The notes under the pieces were generated by a model, which did not search any database, was not told where the DNA came from, and saw only the letters and a list, made by a program, of their open reading frames with translations. From Polymyxa betae A26-41 (taxonomy: Eukaryota; Protista; Endomyxa: Phytomyxea): DNA of 64,000 bases. Below, in pieces: positions 12,071-26,549 of this stretch. The stretch covers positions 62,001 through 126,000 of the forward strand of contig RBZT01000588.1 in assembly GCA_003693705.1 (NCBI GenBank). Direction: 5' to 3'. The first letter of the stretch is position 1; every line of letters begins with the position of its first letter. Made by a program: the position numbers and the translations under genes.

Positions 12071-14847
12071 TTAAAATTTTGTGATCATTCGTTGCATATC
12101 ACGGTCGGCTTGTGAGAGCTCTCTCGGGACTTTAGCACCGCTTTCCATCAGCACTTTACGTAAAGCTGGGAACAGCTCGTTGTCGGCCGTTGTGACAAAG
12201 GTAGTTGCCAGACCCTATGTTCCCACAGTTAAAAACACAACGACTATTCATTCAGGCGGTTAAGGAGTACCTCTCGGCCAGCACGACCAGTACGGCCCAC
12301 ACGATGCATGTAGATCTCAATATTCTTTGGGGCGTCATAATTGATAACGTGAGTGACGCCTTCCACATCGATACCACGACCGGCAACATCAGTCGCTACC
12401 AAGATCTCGTAGCGACCAGACTTAAATCCCTCCAAGCTGTTTTCACGCTGATCCTGCACTTTACCACCATGTAAAACAGTGACCTGCGAGTTGTTAAATT
12501 CTTGCCAAAGAGATAGAGAAGATAACAACCTTGTAATTTTCTTGTGTTAACGTACGTGCCATTGCATCACAGCCAGTACGTTGGTTCATAAAAACAATAA
12601 TTGGAGGCTTCGATGTCGCCAGCAGCTTCAGCAAGCGACCTTTCTTGGCGTTGTCGGTTAAGAATTCGACACGCTGTTCAATAAGTTCAACAGCTTTGCC
12701 TGAAACAAGTTAGAGAAACACAAAAGGCATAGAAGCAACAACCTGTGCGGTCGCCAATGGCAACATATGCTGGATTACGAAGATATTTCTTCGCCTAAGC
12801 AAAGTTAGCGTATAATAACGATTATCGGATGATCTGCTTACAAGTCGTTCAACTTCAGGTGGCATGGTCGCACTAAACATGAACGTCTGACGATACACTT
12901 GATCCGCCATGGCCAGAGTTTCGTCTTCTGGTCGTAAATTACTACTTGGCATGGCATCGAAAATATCTGTGACCTAAGAATACAGTGTCATAAATTCTTG
13001 AAATAGCCGATCGAGAGCTTTACTTGGTCTCCGAAACCCTGTAAAAAGACATTAAAGTAGGAATGCACAGAGGTCATGTAAGCATACCATATCCAACATA
13101 CGGTCCGCTTCGTCCAGAACGATATAATTGCACTGATTTAGCACGAGATAACGCTTACGAAGGCAATCGTTCAAACGACCCTAACACAAGCTTTAGACAA
13201 TATAGGAAACTAGAAAATATAAAACAGACAGGTGTGGCGATAATGATTTCGGCTCCTTCACGAATACGTTGTGTCTGCTGTTCCATAGCCGCACCTCCAA
13301 CAACGCAAACCGATCTCAATCCCAGCCGAGAGATAAACTTGTTCACTTCCTCGTCAATTTGCTGTGCTAATTCACTGAGGCAATATTAGGGATCGACCAT
13401 AACAATGAGAGTCAGTTGTTGATACCGAGTTGGTGCCAAGATGATCGCGTATGGACCTTCGCTAGCTCGTCGCGAATCCATTCGAGGCTGCTTCAAAATA
13501 TAGCTCAACATCGGCAATATGAAAGCACAGGTTTTTCCTGAACCAGTCTCTGCTATTCCCATCAGATCGCGATTCATCAATCCGATCGGAATCGCCGCTC
13601 TAACAAGCATTCGTCATTGAATAGGACAACAAGAAATACAAAGTTCGAGGGGCCAATCATACGGTATACACGTTAGCGAAAAAACCTGTCCAGAATACCT
13701 TTGAATTGGAGTGGGCTCTTTATATCCAATTTCTTTGAGAGCATTGCGAATTCCAGTCGCAAAATGAGCTTCGTCCCAATTACGTAGCGGATGCGGTATT
13801 CCAGTGCCTCTAAAATCACAATTAATCAAAAGACGGACGGATAATGAAGGCAGCACCGTGTTGAGATATTGAAATCTTCATTAAAAATTCGCCAATCTCG
13901 AGTATCCATCTCTTCAAGACTTTTATCGCTCCAGTGCCGGGCTTGCATCACGAGCTCGTCGTCTTTCTTTCGCTGTTTTTCAAGACGTTGTTGGACCTGT
14001 CCGAAAATGAGATAAATCGAGGTACTGACGAATAAGAAAGCATACTATTTCAGGATCTTTCAGACCATCCATCGAGCCATTTCGAAGCTGTTCCAATTCG
14101 GAATAGGCACGAGACGCCAACGTTCGCTGCTGCGTTCGATCGCTGCCAGCAAAAAAACCACGACCAAATCCCAACGTAATGCTGACACAGCATTTAGTAG
14201 AGGTTGATGGCAAAAGCTTTCAGCTTACTCATGCTTGCGATTGTATAAAGGATTGAGATCGGTACTTGTGTCCTCGCAGGTATCCCATTCAAACATGAAT
14301 TTCGACCTGGACGATGCCACAGTCCTCCGTTTCTTCTTTTTCTCTTTCTTTCTATGAGATGGCACTTAATAACAGACTCACGAGACAGCAGGTTTCGTCA
14401 CCCCAGATATGAAGATTTAATCAAAGCAATTTCCTTTTTCTCAGCTTCAGCTGCCGCTATTTCGGCTGAAGACAGGACGGGAGCTGATTCTTGTACGGGA
14501 GCGGGTCGCACTCCATTATTGCCAGATCTCGCTTCAGCCTATGAACAGCATTTCATGATGAGCTAAAACGCAAGCAGCCAATTACCTCTCGTTTCCGCGT
14601 CTGGGCAAGTCTTTCCAAAGCAGCTTCTTCTCTTAAGCGTTTTCGTTTCTCTTTGGATAAAAATACAGGACGTTGTAATGCCTCTTCTATTCAAACGTTT
14701 GTGTCTGCATTGTCAACGGTTTCTCAATGAATTACCCTGCGCCTTTTGGGACTTGGCAATATCCTCCAGCGAGATGGGAACCTTGCGATTCTCACGAGCT
14801 TGGCGCACGGTTTCAACATTCAAAGCATCGATATCTTCAACCTCCAT
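12071..14847 (-). CDS. PRP28: DEAD-box RNA helicase PRP28/DDX23, multi-exon
   Basis: [64 protein letters not shown]. Confidence 0.95.
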
Positions 14848-15878
14848 GCTGGCAGGACTACGACTATACCGAGTGGAAATATTGCCTCGAAATGACTGAA
14901 TGGAGAGAACGCAGAGGCACGGACTATAATAGCAAGCCGTTTCTAATCGCAAAGCAAATCGTCCATAGTCCATCCTCAATACTGGTGATAGAATTACTAC
15001 TTTCAGAAAGACCTACGTTGAAACAAAGAATTGTGAACTGATATGCGAAGAGCATCATTGTTGGTCTGGGCAGTTGTTCCGCCGTGAGGGGATTGTTTTT
15101 TGTTCTTCATTGCAAAAGTGCTGCAATGGATTATGCTGAAATGCCTCGCACAAAAAGCTGATTAAACATCTCTGTATTAATTTAGCGGCAAAACGCTCAA
15201 GGTATACTCGATGACTTGGTGAGCTACGATGTATGCTGTCAATGGAATGAATTAGTTATTTAGCAGCTATAGAGGTTTGCATGGCCATACTGTTATGACA
15301 TGTCGCCTCTCGTTGAACCGAGTCAACAACCTAATCGAATTTGACCCAATACTATCATATACATTGCCGATTGGTTCCGGTTTTGGCTCGTGATAGTTGC
15401 ATTTCGTCTTGAATAGGTGGCTGAATCCACGCCTGTAAGCGGTTTGCCATACGAATTGTTTTTGCTGCCTCTTCTTTGTTTGAATTTTCTTGTCGTTCTA
15501 GTATCTGAATAGTTCACGTAGTTTCTTGAAACTATCGGCGCTTCGACCTCAAACCTAAAACAGATATCCACTTAGCCATACTTAATATCTGCGAAGCAGA
15601 TAGCGGATGATGCCGATTGATTTTACAAAACTTCGCAGGATAAATGTAAAAGTGGACGTTTGCCTGGGCCATTTCGAATTCTGTGTTTCTAACAATACAT
15701 ATCGTGAATCAGACTTGAAAATTAGACAGCAGATGGGGCTCGCCTCTCATCTAGACTGCCCAAGAGGATGAGGCCGTGATTGCAACGGGCATAAATCGCA
15801 ATTTTAGAGATAACAGCCGGTGAAGTGCTGTTAGCAACGAAGACACCCAATAAATAACTTAGACAATGAGGTGAAACT

Positions 15879-17036
15879 TTATTCAATAATATATGTACTA
15901 GCCTTCAGTAAACGATTCATGACAGCGGCACCAAGGCCCTCGGTGGGGAATCCATTGGCAAATATCACATCAACTACATCCTCGCGATCCTCATCGAATC
16001 GCCGAAGACAGGCGTACAGTTCACGAGCGATTGATTCGATATCGTCCTGGGTTCCACATTCTATCAGTTTCGTGTCAGAATAGGAAACCGAGTTGCCGCC
16101 TCCTGGAATTAAAACGCCAACGCGACGCCCTTTTTGAGTTTCGTCTTTAATATATCTATGTAGGGTCTCTTGGTCACCCTTTAAGTAATACATCGGCATG
16201 GATGGGGCATAATGCTGATATCTGATAAACAGAATTAGTAGACAGTGGAAACAAAGTTCGCAGCAACTTACTTCATGCCAGGCGCCTTTGGAACAGCGAC
16301 ATCACCACAGGATACATTCGATCTAACACGTTCGTCAGCAAGAACAGCTTGAATCTGTTCTAATGTGACGCCGCCTGGCCTCAACACAGTATAGGGCACA
16401 GACGAACAGTCAATAACTGTGGATTCAAGACCAACACCAGTAGGGCCACCATCAATAACCCCAGCAATGCGACCATCTAAATCGCCATGGACATGAAAAG
16501 CATTGGTTGGACTTGGGCGCCCACTGAGGTTGGCGCTGGGAGCCGCAACAGGAACATCACAGCGCTCCAGTAAAGCGCGAGCGATAGGATGATTTGGAAC
16601 TCGAACAGCGACAGTATCAAGACCAGCAGTAACCAGCGGTGAGAGAGGTGCTGCTTTCGGCAATATTATAGTTAGCGGTCCAGGCCAGAACGCATCCGCT
16701 AAGCGATCGATGTCTTTCTTGAGAGCTTCCGAGTTTATTTCTACCAAAGGAAGAACTTTCTCATAGCTTGGAATATGAACAATGAGCGGATTATCTGATG
16801 GACGGCCCTATCGGACGAATCAGCTAACATACAATCCCCAACAGCCACACTACTTTGGCATCGAAAATCTTCTTGACGGCAACATCGGAAAAGGCGTTGG
16901 CTCCAGCGCCATACACCGTTTCGGTAGGAAATCCTACCACATGGCCAGCAATAATTGCAGCAGCGGCGGCCTCGATATCGTTTGCTGACCAGTATTGTGT
17001 CACATGCTTGATTGTTTGTTTCAAATGTTGCATCAT
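15879..17036 (-). CDS. SUA5: Threonylcarbamoyl-AMP synthase (Sua5/YrdC with SUA5 C-terminal domain)
   Basis: VGFPTETVYG, K|GRPSDNPLIVH, AAPSANLSGRPSPT, APGMK|Y.HYAP, AVMNRLLKAS. Confidence 0.95.
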
Positions 17037-17490
17037 GTCTAATCCAATAATGCAGAAGCGGATGAGATCATTGGGTCATTCCTCGCAGTTACTGTTGGAA
17101 ATTTCTTTTATGCGCGCAATTGTTTCTGCGCAGTGGCTGAAATGTCAATTCTGGCGTTTGTTTAATCTCTAATAATAATCAGCAGCGTTGGTTGTTCAAC
17201 AGAGCAAACAACGACATCATATTTGAGTTTTGTTAGTGGAATTATCAATCAACATAAGGCGTGGCAGTACGCCTGCAAACTGATTCATTGTGGTCAGAAA
17301 AGGTTAACCCTTTACAGTATAAAAGGTTGAGGTACCATCCGACTCCTGGCACTCAGCCTGTTTAGTAGTACCATCTGCCACAGATCTTCGATCTTGTCGG
17401 CGAATTCTTACGGAGATTCAGGCTGCGCCGCAAACCAGGCTGCATCGTTGAAAGACGGCTGCTCCTGATCGGTATCATTGCCAGTTCCCA

Positions 17491-18974
17491 ATGTCAGCTG
17501 ATGATGTAACACCGAAATCATGGACCGTTGTGACCGTCTCCATCTCGGTGGTGTCGCTGCTTGCCGCTCTCGCTGCTGAACTTGCTCGGGAATTGGGGTT
17601 CGGCGGGTGGCCCACCGTTCTTGTTGCGTTGGGGATCGCGTTCCTCGGCGTCTTGTTGGCAGCGCCGATAACCCATGTGTTTCTGGGCTATGCTCAGCAT
17701 GCTGGCAAAGGATATTCACTGTTTCAGCCTTTCATCGGCGGTTCCACCTTCATTGTCCTACAGATTTTAGGATGGACGCTCTATGCTATCACGATTTCTG
17801 CTTTCATCACAATTTTCTATGCATTGACATCGAAGCTTCCGTTCTCTTCCGGTGCTATCACGTCTGCTGTTGCTGGTGGTGTTGTTGCACAGTTTTCGCT
17901 ATGGCTCTCGCTGAGATATTTCGACGCTAATGAGAATCATCAGCCTTTTCTTCAATCATTATGGCACGACAGCTGCGCTTTCCTAATTGTCGCTACGACA
18001 TACTCAATGCCCATTATTATTGTTCTTCTAGCTGCGATACCTACTTTTTTTTTACCCTGGACGACGTACTTCGCCATTTTACTCCCTTCAACATATGTCT
18101 ATTCGTGGACATATAGAGGTTGCCCTCATAACACTGGCTCTCGGTCATGGCCGAGAATTAGAGATAACGATCGATTCTGGTCTTACTTCGATCACTACTT
18201 CTCGTATCGGCTCGTGACTGAAGCAAAGTTGCGATCGAATCAGCTCTACATGTTTGGCTATCACCCGCATGGTATCTCGATTCAAGTTTGTACTGCCTCC
18301 TTCTCAATTATAATTCAGGAATTTATCCGTTTACTACCGTTTGGGCCACTAGAAGCTTGCAATGGAAATCAGTATTCCCTGATCTGAAAATCGAGGTTTT
18401 GGCGGCATCCGTACTGTTTTACCTGCCTCTCGTACGCGACATAGCGATGTGGTGTGGCGGCAGAGAAGTCACTGTGACTTCTATGGAGCTTGCCTTCCAA
18501 GAAGGCAGATCTGTGATGTTGGTTCCGGGCGGAGAACGTGAGATGCGAGAAAACCGGCCTGAACACTCTGAAATTGTCTTAATCACACGTCATAAAGGGT
18601 TCGTACGGCAAGCTATTTTGCATGGGGCTCATTTGGTTCCTGTTTTCGGCTTCGGAGAATCGCGTCTGCTTGACAATTTCCGAGCGAAATCCACACAGGA
18701 ATGGTTTGCGAAGAGGACTTTGTATGGAGCGCCGCATTTCCCCTATGGGCGATTCTATTCGCCGATTCCTAACCCTGCTCCAGTGACGGTTGTCGTCGGC
18801 AAGGCAATCCCAGTCAAGAAGAACCCGCAGCCGACGGCGGAAGAGATCGATCAGGTTCATCGGGCATACTTTATGGCTGTAAGGGATCTGTTCGATAGGC
18901 ATAAAGGATCCATTGATGGATTTGAACATTGTACGATAGTATGTCCCGACTTTGATTATCAGAAAGGGACCTAG
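17491..18974 (+). CDS. DGAT2: Diacylglycerol O-acyltransferase type 2 (DGAT2) with an extended multi-TM N-terminus; one intron at about 18272-18318
   Basis: YHPHG|IYPF, LVPGGERE, RHKGFVRQA, LVPVFGFGE, VVVGKAI. Confidence 0.9.
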
Positions 18975-19027
18975 TAATTGTAACTGTATAAATGTTGTAA
19001 ATTGTACATACTGGAGACTTTAAACAT

Positions 19028-19077
19028 ATGAATGTTTCAATTTAGCGGTAGATGAATGTTTCAATTTAGCGGTAGAT
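19028..19077. repeat. Perfect 24-bp tandem duplication between convergent genes
   Basis: atgaatgtttcaatttagcggtag occurs twice in tandem. Confidence 0.95.
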
Positions 19078-19099
19078 TGAGGCGAGTCGGTAGTCGATT

Positions 19100-19618
19100 T
19101 CATTTGGCTTTTGGCGCCAACCGATTTGGCGGCGGCCTAATCGAAGTTTTAGTGGTCACCATCGCTTCTGATCCTGTAAAACTTGATAGTCTTGAAACCC
19201 AGCATGCATACTGCAATGAAATCGGGAAAACATCGCCCTGGAAGCAATCCTGAGAAGATCCAGCACCAGCACCATTCAGACATACGACGGTCTGTGCTTG
19301 AGGAGAACCAGTACTGGATTTAAAGCTCCTTGAAGAAGCATCAATTGGCTTAACTCGTACCGAAATTCGAGCGGTGGCCGAACACGGCGAAGGTATACAA
19401 ACCATGCTTGGCGTGCCGAATGACGCAATGCTGGGCGCAGCCATGCCGTCCTGGTGATGGTTCATCTGCGGCGACCGATATGCCAGGACCGAGTTCGAGA
19501 ATGGATACCAATGCGGATCGATCAAGGTGGGCGGATCTGCAGATGACACCAGCATGTCGTACGAGAGTGCCATGGTAACAATGATGAAGACAGCCAGTAT
19601 AATAATACTTTCAGTCAC
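19100..19618 (-). CDS. Hypothetical protein with hydrophobic N-terminus; start uncertain
   Basis: 172-aa ORF with IIILAVFIIVTMALS; no recognised domain. Confidence 0.3.
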   Translation of the reverse strand: MTESIIILAVFIIVTMALSYDMLVSSADPPTLIDPHWYPFSNSVLAYRSPQMNHHQDGMAAPSIASFGTPSMVCIPSPCSATARISVRVKPIDASSRSFKSSTGSPQAQTVVCLNGAGAGSSQDCFQGDVFPISLQYACWVSRLSSFTGSEAMVTTKTSIRPPPNRLAPKAK

Positions 19619-20337
19619 TTGGGGCTGGTGGGCATGGACAAATCATCAGCGTGGGAAAAAACCGGGCCCATCCTTCATTAATCAGCCGCGTCAATGCGTC
19701 AGAACGTCAGTGATGATAGAACTGCGTCTCACTGGATTGTTGCCATTTCGACTCATTTTCCACTTGAGAGAAGGTAGCGCCTTTCTAGTCCAAATCATGA
19801 GTCGTTGTATCTTCATGGGACGAAATCTGCCTGCTGCTGTCTTATCATCGAACTTGTTATATTGACTGTGCGCCTAGCTGACACTCGGTTTTGACGAATC
19901 TTCTTCTCGCTGCAGGTTCTAGGCTGAGCTTGATGTATGAAGTCAGTCTGCCTACTAGAGAGCAAAGTGTAAATGCCCGCTGGATTCACCGTTGTAGATT
20001 GAATATTAAAGTTGCTGTCATTTGATAAGCCGGGTCCTGCCTCATCTCATTCCTTCCCAATAAAACTTCTTGACTGCACTTCGAGCTTTTACTAGGCTAC
20101 ATTTGGGTGTATTGCAGCAATCATCTGTAAATCGCGATCATAGCTGACTACGAGCTATCCATTGCCCTAACCCATGCAAAACGAATGGCTGTTTTATTAT
20201 CATGCGTTTTAACATGACCTGTTTTGATTAGAACGGCAAACACGCGATGATTCTGTTGCAAATGCGGTGATCGGTACTGTACCCATTCTGGGTATCTCGA
20301 TAATTGATGCCAAGGGTTATTGGCGACCTCAGCACCG

Positions 20338-21936
20338 ATGTCGTTAGAAGGGCTATCGCCTCATTTGCCCTCTACTAACCTGGGCTTAGTAGCTCGCTCT
20401 CTAATTGAATGCGGTGCTTTCCAGCCGCCGTTCGAAGATTTATTCAATACGGCTCTGTCTCTAGTCTCCCCATACAAGTCATTGCAACCGCATATCAAAC
20501 GAGACAAAGCAATCAAAGCGCGAACACAGAAAAAATCAATCCAGAGCAGGCATTCAGAAAACGAATCTGGCCATGAATATGTAGATCGAGGTCAAGCTGT
20601 GTTCGATTCGCTTCCTGAAAGGGCATCGCCGATGAAAAGAAGCATTACTGTAGCAAAGATGCAGTTGGATTTGAAAAACCATCCACAAATTCAGAATTCG
20701 ATGCATTTTCATTGGCTGCTGCTGTGCCCAGATAGTTCAGGGAAATGCAACAAATCGGACTTCGTTGCAGCGCTTACAAGATGGTATGTTGCTATTGTCC
20801 CCGGCATCGATCACGTTCATGCTGAAAAGATGGCTAATATTGAATGCAACGTCACCAGAAGACGCGGGTTCACCGCCGAAATGTTTTTCGAGAAGCTTTT
20901 TCAGATCACACACAACTGGTACAAATTTTGAGATCACAGAATAACAGAATTCTAAACCAGAAATAATAGGTGTCATACATTGAATCCAGCAGAGTACTGT
21001 AATTTCCTGTCGTTGCTTTTTCATCGGATTGCGGTTGGAGATATGCAGACTATGAGCTTCAATTGGAAGCCAATCGATAAGGTTTGCTCGCTGACAGAAG
21101 ATGAGCATCTAGACCCCAGTACGGTACAGCTTCCATTCCGCAACCAGCATTCGCTGAGTGATGTTTCTGCTGAAGAACCTGCAGCTTCTGATGCTAGAAA
21201 TTGTTACACTGAGGACGCCATTGACCGTGTCCTTGTAAAAACCAGTGCTGCTTCTATTCCTGAATCTGCAATGAAGCTAAGCGACCAGAAAGGTCAGAAC
21301 GAACCGAGAATGATCAAGTTGAACAGCGCGTTCGGTGGTCTGCGTTCAGTGAAACCGAAACGGAAGACGCTAAATGAGAAAGCGAGGCCATTACAAGGCC
21401 TAGTAAAGCCCAGTACAGTACTCCAACCTTTCGATAAATCAAACCCCAAGCTGGAACGTGACCAAAATCCTCAACTGACGAACAGTGAAGGGGATTTTGA
21501 TAAAGCAACACCGGCATTAGGCAGCGATTCAGAATCCGATCTAGGAGAAAATTCAAACAAGAAACCAAAGAAATTCACGCTAGCGATGCCAATATCGTGT
21601 TCTGAGGAGGCAAAACTGCAAAATCACAATGAACGTTTAAAGCGCAGAATTAGAAAGGCGACCCGGAACGAGCAGGTATCCAGCGAGATCATGCAGGTTA
21701 TTGCTGAAAGGCAGCGGTTGCTTGTTGTAAAAGCAATGGAAAGTATTAACTGGACTCAAGTGCTTATGAGCCAACAATCGACATCTGGTAAAATGAAAAG
21801 AAATAAGACCTTGCGAATAAAGACGACGAAGAAAGGCAGAAGAAAACAAACAGCGAGAGGGTTAGAGACCAGGAAGGCAAAAAAACCCACCAAAGGTGGT
21901 CCTTCAGAATTAGATTTAGGAATACAGACAAAATAA
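20338..21936 (+). CDS. Hypothetical protein with an EF-hand-like helical domain and Lys-rich C-terminus
   Basis: ORFs 20320-20931 and 20980-21936 are joinable by a short intron; DSSGKCNKSDF, FFEKLFQITHNW..EYCNFLSLLFHRI. Confidence 0.6.
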
Positions 21937-22082
21937 AAGATGACGTCATCATCTTTGGGAAACCATACAATTCTGGAATATATTCTTTATCCCCGATCAT
22001 ATAGAGAATTGATAAATACAGGATGAACCAACCGGAAAAGGTGGCGATTTCGTAGAGAGAGAATACAAGCAATGAAAGGGTT

Positions 22083-23412
22083 TCAGGAATTATCGGAACT
22101 CTGATCAAATTGCTCCCAAACTCTAATAGTGCCGTCTTCCGACCTAATTATGTCATTAGCGAAACACGCACGATCAAAGGAATACCATTACCCTGAAGCG
22201 AATGCATTTCCCATCGGTGAGAAAGCAATACAGCGAACAGGACCATGGTGACCTTTCAGACAAGCTGCAAAATACTTTCAGAGGGTATAATGAATTCAAA
22301 CAATTCCTACAGATTTTTTTTCCGGTTTCGAAGTCGTACAATCGAGCCCATAGCTCCGAGTTACTACCGCAAACGAAAGAGGATCCATTCGGGTGCAGAG
22401 AAGCGCACTTGACATCGCGATCGAGAGTGTGCGATTTCAGCAGGGTAAACCTAACCAAGGTCGAAAACAAAGTCGGGACTTGATTCAAATTACGTACGAC
22501 GAAAGGTCCCAGAACTTCACTTCGTTTCCGGTCGACACTGTGAGAATGTTTTTGGTCTTGGAGATTTCGATGCCGCAAACAGCACTATTTGTCGGCAGAG
22601 TGTTGACCACAGTTCCTGCTTGATATTATGAAGTGAAACAAGATGATGCTGTTTGTTGTACCTGCTCGAAGATCCCAAATCCGAACATCGTTATCGTCGC
22701 CCGAGCTCATCAACAAGTCAGGCTGTCCAGGAACAGGAGCGACATTACACACTGATTTCGAATGACCCTCCAGAATCAGTACGGGCTCCACTGAATCAGA
22801 TTCAATGTCGAATACGCGAACCTTCATTCACTTTAGAGTCTGAAATCCAGTGCCTAACTCGTACCTTCTTCTCTTGACCGCCAGAGTAGATACGTCTGTT
22901 ATCACAAGAGAACACGGCTGATTTGGCAATGTGCCTGTGAACGAACTCGCGAATCTCGGTTCCGTTCACAGCATTCCATAGCTTGACCTAAACGAGCGTT
23001 AATTATAGGCCTAAGCGTCTAAAAAGTAGCCTAACAGTGAAGTCTCCAGAAGCAGTAACGGCCAGAGTATTGTTTGAGTTTAACCTGGCAGACCATACGG
23101 CGCCTTTGTGCCCAGCAAAAGTTCCAATCCAATCACCGGTTGGACCCTTCCTCAACATAGGATTCTTATCTGTTGGATAATCACGAACTGAACGTGATTT
23201 TAACTAAGCGACAGACCTAGCGAGGCGCTAATCAAGAAGTACTCATTGTTGACAACATTCGAATATGTTAGGTCCGAGATCGGTCGAGAGTGCCCCGAGC
23301 AGATAATTGGTCCCAGATTGACTTGCTCATGATGTTCGCGGGCAGCGGGAGAAGGCGACCTGGAAGATCTCTGGGCCTTGGACGGGATAGCTGCCGCCGC
23401 CATTGCCGCCAT
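22083..23412 (-). CDS. STRAP: WD40 protein STRAP/UNRIP
   Basis: [57 protein letters not shown]. Confidence 0.92.
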
Positions 23413-24413
23413 AGACTGATATCGTCAATAAGATTAGCGTGGGCTTATTTAACGCAATTGAACAAGGTCGAACTGGGAAGCAATATGTGCGAGACTTGGC
23501 TGCTCTTTTATTCTTTGTGACTGGTATGAGAAGGTGAAATGAGAGTCTAGAATGGGAATCAGCCGAATGCAATGCTGTCGAAATGCAAGCTCTTTGTACG
23601 TTCTGGCCGCTGTGATTGATCGGTTTAGAAAGTGCAATATGAGTAAACGCGTCACAATTGTTGGTAAAGTAGGGTCATAACTTCATATATCTAGTGTTTG
23701 AAATTGGTGAGGTTTGTTTTCAATTTTAGATGTTGAATTTCTGAAAATGTTTTGCAAGTTTTGTTGCCTCTTCAAATATATGAGAACCGACCCCTAATGC
23801 GAGGGATCCGTGGCGGCATTATCGCATTTTTGAAGACGGGAATGATTTGGTCTGGGATCCGTTGCCCTTGCCATTTCTTGAATGGAAGTGCAGATATTTC
23901 CTCTCGTGGAGCTCATAATTAGGTATGAGCATGTTTGTTTAGCCTTATTTGACATGATGAACAAACAAATTGGGAATCTCGATGATTATCCATGATTTTA
24001 AACATTTGAATTTATTATCTGATCTTTTCTCATGTTGAGATCTTGCAATCGCTCATGAGACTCTATTCTAATTGCCGTCTAGGGATCTGTTTGTTCACGC
24101 CCTTGTCTTCTCTTGTCCGCTTCTGTACAGAAATTAACCTGTTGAATAATACCTATTGACAATAAAAATAATTTCTATCAAATTAAACCCCGCCAGTCAC
24201 TTGTAGAGCTTGAAGAGCATTTTTTGGTCAAATTGAACCTCACCCGCCATTTGAAGAGCTTGAAGAGAAACAAATTTCCTGAGATGAAATAAGCCTCAAA
24301 CAGTCAGGCCGAAGGGCCAGCGAGAAATGATGCCACCGACAATACAATGAATACATGAACTAAATGTAGTTAAAAGGTCACAATTTGTTATATTTTGATA
24401 ATTGAGGGAGAAA

Positions 24414-24883
24414 TTACAGCATGGTACCACGTCCACGAACGCTGCCGCCGAACGCAGGCTTGCCACGGTAGCCATCACGTTCAGCTCGGCCACCTTCACG
24501 GGGACCACGCTCTCCGCCAAAGGACATGGGCAGACGAGCCGTCTCGGTGGCAGCCTTCTTGTGGGTCGAAGGGACGATGGTGGCAGGCAGATGCAGAGTC
24601 TCACGAAGGGACTCGACACCGGCGTCGGTCAGGGTCCAGTAGTAGTGCTGCCAGGCGAAGACCTCAGTGACGTGGTCCTTCGACTTCAGCGACTGCATCA
24701 GCTTCATAACGTGCAGGTTAGGGATCTCGGGAAATTCCGGGTGCTTTAACAAAGCTGGGTCCTTCTTGGCGAACATGACACCATCTGCGAAATGGTTTAG
24801 GGGAAACCGCTGCCAATACGATCCGCTGTACCCTGAAATAGCTTCGTCAGGATTTTCTTCCGGGACTTCGTAGGCATCATCAT
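24414..24883 (-). CDS. RPS10: 40S ribosomal protein S10 (eS10); one intron
   Basis: MMMPTKSRKKILTKLFQ|DGVMFAKKD, IPNLHVMKLMQSLKS, FAWQHYYWTLT, RGG-rich tail. Confidence 0.97.
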
Positions 24884-25275
24884 GGTTGCGAAGGAGTAGG
24901 CTGGGGCGACGACGCCGACGAAATTCAACCAACTATTACAGGGAAGGGATTTGATACCGCGGACACCGTGAATGTCCGTAGCCTGAATTCGTGATGTCCA
25001 CATATACGATCTCAGCCCTAATCTTGTGCAAAAAATCATGCGATTTTTTGCTTTTTTTAAGCTTTTCGGATCATAACTATTTCGTCAACGGATCCAGTAT
25101 GCGATGTGAATAAAGAGCCGATGCTGCTAATCGATTCGTTTTTGGAGAAATTGCCATTCGTTTGAAATTGTGCTGAAACAGGTCGCTCGTTAGGCTGAAA
25201 TGACGTTTACGTAACATCACATGAGTGTTGTTAATCTTTGCATTTTATAGCTTGACTTCGTTGCTGCTCTTTAGA

Positions 25276-26380
25276 TGTCATTCTATATCAAATGCGTCAA
25301 ACAGGCTCCAGGAGCATTCATCACTGCTCCCGGCGAAGAGAACGCTGCACTGAGGGTAGGGGAGCTGCCCTTGGACCGATTTCGTGTAAGGTAGAAATTA
25401 GTCGCCTGCTAATCCTTTCATTGAAATCGCGACAGATCGAATTTTACAACGAATCTGAGATAATTATTCGCGAATCAAATCAATCTGGGAAGTACTGGAG
25501 CTTAGATCCAACTAAAAATACAATAATTCTGGGTTCAAAGCCCGATCCCTTTCGATTTCGTCAAGTTGTCCCTAATTCTGCTGGTAAATGCTTCTACTGA
25601 CATAAAATGTTACTAAGCCTCAAATCAAACTCAGAATTCGTTTTGTCATCCATTACCGGAGGGACGGCAACTATCAGTTCAAATTCTGAACTCGTCATTA
25701 AAAATGGAGGACAAAGTCGGTTTGCACTTTGTTGTCCTGCCGGGATGGACATTGTTTCCGAATTTCCTAAGCCCTCAACAATCGACCTGCTATCCGATCT
25801 GGCAGACGAGACACACAGATCCATGGCCAAAAAGTGTAGTTGTCAGATTCGAGAATTAGAAGGATCGAATAGTCCTAAGCCCATCCTGATGAGGCGAACA
25901 ATGCCTATGTCGTCTGCAAACAAGATAGAATTTTTCTCGAGATTATCAAACATGCTTCGAGTATTGCCTGTTTCGAGCAAACTACAGATATCTATGGTAA
26001 ATGAAGGCAGTTCTGCAGTAATGAGGTTATTACTGCATTCAAGCTTGCGCCTACAGCACATAAATTCAAGCACAGAAACCGAAAGCTCCAACATCCCATT
26101 CGCAATCACATTACCTCAAGAAGTAGAGGATTTTGAAGAACGATTTATTACAGATGAGCAGATAATAATTAGAAAACAGCCGGGCTGGCATAATTCTGAT
26201 ATTATAGCGAAGGTACTTTAGACTGCAAGCGCCAGCAAATTGCATATAATCGGTTTACAGATTGACGAAGCAATCAAACTCGACATGGCAGAGCCATACC
26301 TAAAAATTCCTCCTGCGGTGTTGGATATCTTTCAGCAGAGAACATGGAATAGACTACGTGCTGCTACAGCGTCTGATTAA
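25276..26380 (+). CDS. Hypothetical multi-exon protein; N-terminal part beta-rich
   Basis: Exons joinable through GT-AG introns, including a 204-aa ORF; no family recognised; start uncertain. Confidence 0.5.
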
Positions 26381-26549
26381 GCAGAAACGCACCAGAATAA
26401 ATACCCAGTCAGGTTCAGATGATATCGGGCATGTATAAGTACGATTTGACACTGTAAAATAAATTTGGCACACGCGGCTTGTTCGATCTAGCGCCTCATT
26501 ATCAAAAAGAAGCACTACTGGGCCAATGCTGTGCCAGAATATAGCACGT

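Noticed and set aside
15040-15850. Structured ncRNA in the PRP28-SUA5 spacer (short hairpin near 15740-15776)
   Set aside because: Pairing is short and imperfect, with no family motif
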